NCBI RefSeq assembly: GCF_000150275.1
Contig: NW_002060949.1
Span: 5,079,006 to 5,143,005, forward strand
Reading direction: 5' to 3'
DNA: 64,000 nucleotides
Source of the DNA: Trichoplax adhaerens
Taxonomy: Eukaryota > Animalia > Placozoa
Position 1 is the first letter of the stretch. Each line of letters starts with the position of its first letter. Positions 58,801 through 64,000 of this stretch are shown piece by piece. The notes under the pieces are model-generated. The model saw nothing but the letters and a program-made list of their open reading frames with translations. It did not search any database and had not been told where the DNA came from. A program made the translations under genes and the position numbers.

Positions 58801-61800
58801 GTTCTACCACTAACCATGAATTCCTGTATTAGTTCGGCTTTCCAGCAATTGTGGATAAGCTTTGTTACAGATGCAAATATTTCTACATTTATAATAATCC
58901 TAAGTTAAGTTAATCAATTAACCATCTACTGTACTACAATTATCGACTACCATTAATTTCATTTTAGATCGAAAATTCTTATCCAATCTTCTAGAATAGT
59001 CTTTTAAAATATATATATATATTCAAATTTATATGCCAAAGTATGACAATTAATTGTATTCGTGTCTTTAATACTTTCACCTTTCATTATCATTGCAGTC
59101 GATAGACTCTATAATTAATCCATTTGGCCTACTGAATTGAACCTCTTTAGTAGCAATAATTCTTGCTAGATTAGCTCCAGTTTAATACTGTATAATGCTA
59201 CAGATTTAAACCTCTTTTTTAAGATTGTCGATGTCCATCATATCAACAGTATGACGATAGCCTGAATGAATCTGACACGAAGTAGATCATTATTATGATT
59301 ATTATATGATACCTATCACGTAGATTAATAATTATAATAGGGTTATATTCAAGCTTATTGCCTATAGGCAATAAACTAAAGTAAAAATCTAGCCTGATTC
59401 GTTGCTATTAACTCCGATTAAATTCGCAAAGATATAATCCAATATAGAGTTATATATCAATTCCTTCTAACTGAGATTAAAAAAGTAGCAAAAATTACCA
59501 CTCATCATTATTAAAAGCCTTTCCAATAACTGTCATAATACATGACCGTTAGGGCAAACAATATCTTAGTTTTACTATATAGATTATAACGTATTCGTCA
59601 GTTAATAATGATATTAGAGTATCAACTCTATAACTTTTTCATATTCGGAATCGAAATAAAATTAGAGTTAAGTGCTCACTTAGTTTAACAATTTTGATAG
59701 TCACAGTCCTCATCAAACAATTTTTATTTTTTCGTCATTAACCTCATAATAATTTACGTTTAGATGTATTCAATCTTCTACGTATAGCTTTTGTTAATTA
59801 ATCGTTATGATAATAACGTTATATAATATATCTTAGGATAAACAACATAACAATCTTTCGTTATAGCTTTAATAATAGAATATAATTTGAAGTGAAGTTA
59901 GTTCCTGTACATCTTTTAAGCAAATTAACAAAATTTAGATAATCTTAGTACGATATAAGTCTATTTAATAAAGCAAATGTATGTATTTAGAGGGAACTAA
60001 GCGATCTAATATCTCTAAGCGACTTCATTATTTATTTTTCTATATTGCTATAAGAATTAAGATTTATTACAGCGTTGTGATGATAGAAACATAATAAGAA
60101 ATGAATTAAATAATTGGAATAGAATAAGTATTAATACATTATGAAATAAACGTGTTACTGTATCTGTTATATAGTATCAAGAAGTAAAAGTTTTGCTTAG
60201 CTGGCATTAGCTAATAATCAGATAAATGAAGCCTTAGTAAAACTATTTTATTACCTTTCTCTTTTATTTGCATGCGGTATAACATTAGATATATTTTTTC
60301 GTCTCTATGTAATTTTCGTAGTTTTGATGAAGTCTTTTAATAAAATCAAACCGATTTACCGTACTATATCATGCAGAAGAGATAGGCTTTACTTTCCAAA
60401 GTCACTAGCGATTTAGAGATTTTTGAATCTTTACGAGAATAATATGAGAATTTAATCATATTGATGACTTAAATAGTAATCCAAAATCTTAGAAGACAGC
60501 ATTGTAAGGCTCAAGTATAGACGAGCTAAAGAGATTTCATTTAGATACAAGAATATGATTGAAACTAAACGATAATTAATTCTGTCATTGTTCGATATTT
60601 AAAGGTGTAACCTAACTACAATTGAATCTACGTAGTAGTTTCCATTCGAGGCTGAAAAGGAAAAATTTATGAAAGAATTATTCTTTTAATTAAAAATGCT
60701 TTACAGCTATACATAATAATATATATGTTGTATTCATGTATGGTGATATGCTTGCAAATGGATGTGTTTTAATATCAAATCTTATTTATCAAATAGTTTA
60801 CAGTCACAATTCAGCTAACAATTTCTATCATTTTATATCTTATTTTTAATATTTAGGGTAGAATTTGTTGTTGGCGATAAAGCTATTAATAGCTTTCGAA
60901 TGATTGAATGTCATTATTTCCGTGAAAAATTGTTAAAGAGCTTTGATTTCGATTTCGGTTTTTGTATACCTAACAGCAAGAATACATGCGAGCACATCTA
61001 CGAATATCCTGAGTTAAACCCCGATCTGAGTAAGTTGTTAACTACTACCGTAATTTCACTCTGTACAACTTTATTTATTAACCTAAAAGCAATGGAAAAG
61101 TAAGTTTCATATCTTTAGCAGATTATAATAGACCTTCCATGATAATATCCTTTTAGATTACCTATAGATTCCATGATGTAAACAACTATTCAGACGGGTA
61201 GTAAAACTTTTTGTATGCTAATCAAAATTCATTTTCGATTTTAATGGCAGCATTTTAAGAAATTAAAATCGTTTTAGATTACCTATAAGTCGCCGTATAG
61301 TGTAACTAAGCCCTGATTGTAGGCTTGTATACGATATATAAATCCTTTTCAACTCTAGTATCATTCCCGACGATATGATTTGTTGTGAAGCGGAGTGTGT
61401 CTTTAGCAGTCACAACTAGAGCACTATCAGTCACTTTAAAACAAGAAAAGAACTGTAATACTTCAAATACACCAATTTGAAGCTTCTGTAGTAATATCTA
61501 TAATTATTCGCGAGTTTGTGAAGTATATAACTCTCTAATAATTCTTAGTGCTACCTAACGATTGTTTAAGGCACCCTCAACTTTAATAGCGGTGCTTTTC
61601 ATAATTTGAATTTGCTGTGCAAGTTTATTCCGTCTTGATTGATAGTGAATTCTATCGTCGTGCATTGCTTACATAAATGAAAAAGCAAATATTATGCTCA
61701 TCCCATACCAAACTAGAGTTTCTACATAGACGTCTTCTAAATGACTTACGTATTATCGTTATAAATTACTAACCATTTTGATTATTCATAAGCTTATGGA

Positions 61801-62175
61801 ATAGTTATTTAAACCTGCTTTCAAATTTTTAATAGTAATAGTTTTTAAGCTTATTTCGCTGTAAAGCAGATGAGTATTATATGTTAAGTGATACAATAGT
61901 TCATCTTAATACTATCATACTATTTCTTCATTCTATAACAATACCATTTCCTTGACAATTTATTTAACTTTAAAGTATTTCGTATAATAAATATCCTGCA
62001 TGGAAAATTGTCCTTATATAATTTCTCAATTTCATCTTCTGATTGTTAATCTATCATTATAGAAGAGGAAATGATCAACAGTCCATTCGAAACTAGATCG
62101 GATAGTTTCTATTTTGTTGATAATAAATTGGTTATGCATAACAAAGCGGATTATTGCTATAATGCTGAAATGTAA
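55815..62175 (+). CDS. UNC119: UNC-119 myristoyl/lipid-binding cargo chaperone (about 220 aa, 4 exons)
   Basis: Exons 55815-55965, 57754-57979, 60857-61029, 62063-62175. Motifs: [91 protein letters not shown]. Confidence 0.95.
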
Positions 62176-64000
62176 ACGGGTAAATGATGGCAAGAAAGAG
62201 GAAGTGCATTTCTATTTTCCTGCCCAATATACACCAGCAGCCAGCTGGGAGTAGAATTAATTCATAAAATTGCGTATGACAGTATTTGTAATATGTGATA
62301 AGTTTGTTTTCAAGCATTATCTTTCCGTATCTCTTATAGTACAATAAGCATTCCTTATTCATTGATTATTATTTTAGTTAGATTAAATTAAAAGCCAGCA
62401 AATTTTCGTATCAGTAGTCATCAAGATAGTTGATTTTTTATCTTTAATGCATATTATATTGTATACCATGCTTATCAGCTAGTTATTAACCAAAATTATT
62501 ATCAATTATGGTATTATAACACTTATTAATCCATTTGAATTCATTCCTTCGTTAATATTTGATTTAAATAGTCAAGTATTTTGTCAATTTTACTGAACTT
62601 ATTAATATCTTTCATATCACTGATGTTATGATACTAATCTTATAAGCATGAAACACGGACGTTATTCTTAGCTACCCTCGTCCTATCAACCTGTCTTTGT
62701 CTCTCCATTTCTCCTATTTTACAGTATACGATATAATATAAACACCCAATTATTTAGCAAAATAGATTCCTTGTTACGTTACCCTCTTAACATATGACTA
62801 TTAATATTAATTAACTACATGCATATAATTAAATTTGTGCCATATGGCAACTGTGACTTATATCGACTTTTTGTAGTTTGTCAATTTAATGCCCTAGTTT
62901 ACAAAGAGATGTTTTTACATCATTTATCATAAAAGGAATGTTATAAAAAATTGTCTACCAAATTATAAAGTAATAGATATTATAACTATTATCATATGTA
63001 ATCATTTCGTTTATGTCTTTTAGTAATTATGATAATTATCTTTACAAGTTGTGATAATGAAGTTGAGTTTGATAACGTTCACGACAAATTAACTTGATGT
63101 AGTATCGTTTATTATAATTATTATAATCATCGTCCTTGTTAGATAAAAACTTTTCGTTTCATCCTATAGCCAGCATTTCAGATATTTAGGTATCTGTAAG
63201 TACTAACATTAGCTGATATTAATTAAACATATAATTATATATACATCATCAAAATAATTGTAAATGAAACAGTAAAATGTTCTCTCTAGATATTATTCAA
63301 TGAATCTTGTCACGGTATAATTTATAATGCATTGCGGGATGAATGAAACCTCAGTACTGTCCTGTAATCTGACTGTTAGATAATGGCCAAGTCAATCTAT
63401 AATTTAATAACAAACAATCGATATACTCTCCAGTACGTCATGAATACTGTACGTAAACATAATAATTTTCATTTGAAGGATGCTCTTAAGTTATTTTTTA
63501 CGAATATCTTACGGAATACTCGCAACATTATGGATAGAAACGTTAGGTTATGGTTAGTTTGTTGAATTATATTAGTCGTCTTGGGCACTACACAAAACAT
63601 TTATATGTATTACTTGATTATTAATATTCTTTAACGTATGGTGCTTATAGCAAGGGACTAATCAAGAAAAAGTTTGTACTCTTTCCTCTCTAAAAATCTT
63701 ATACTATGCTTATCAGCGTATATACCTAAAAGAGGGTTATTCAGTTCAATTCATTTTTACCTACATGACACAGTAATAAACCCATATGTGTTTACAATAT
63801 GTTATGCCAATAGATTGTCTGTAAAATGATTGACTATTTATACGGTCCAGACTATGGTATGGTTATTAACACTCTCAATAGGTATTCTTTAACCTCATCG
63901 ATCCAGCAAAATTACTTCGTAACTTGATATTAAGTACAATTACACTTCAATAACTATTTCAGCACTGATATAATTGGTACTGGTCTACTTTTTATCCCCA

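Overview
AT-rich, intron-dense animal genomic DNA. Most introns are short (about 65-300 bp) GT-AG introns. Gene content and architecture point to a compact early-branching metazoan, most plausibly a placozoan such as Trichoplax (inference only). Manual splicing gives eight complete, phase-consistent genes: citron kinase (-), a peroxisomal luciferase/4CL-like acyl-CoA ligase (-), slingshot phosphatase (+), a CNG channel (-), an uncharacterised SAM-dependent methyltransferase-like gene (-), serine dehydratase (+), OSBP (-) and UNC119 (+). A probable partial thioredoxin-fold gene runs off the left edge. Six of the genes form three head-to-head pairs. The most unexplained signal is a recurring array of TACAG/TACTG pentamers and CTGTACA heptamers just upstream of the predicted first exons of most genes, a candidate lineage-specific promoter element. 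Other notable points are a single 3.9-kb exon in CIT, hidden FFAT-like candidate exons in OSBP intron 2, a Met at the CNG ligand-selectivity position, and gene linkage that matches human 12q24 and its paralogous regions. No rRNA, tRNA, CRISPR array or intact transposon was recognised.
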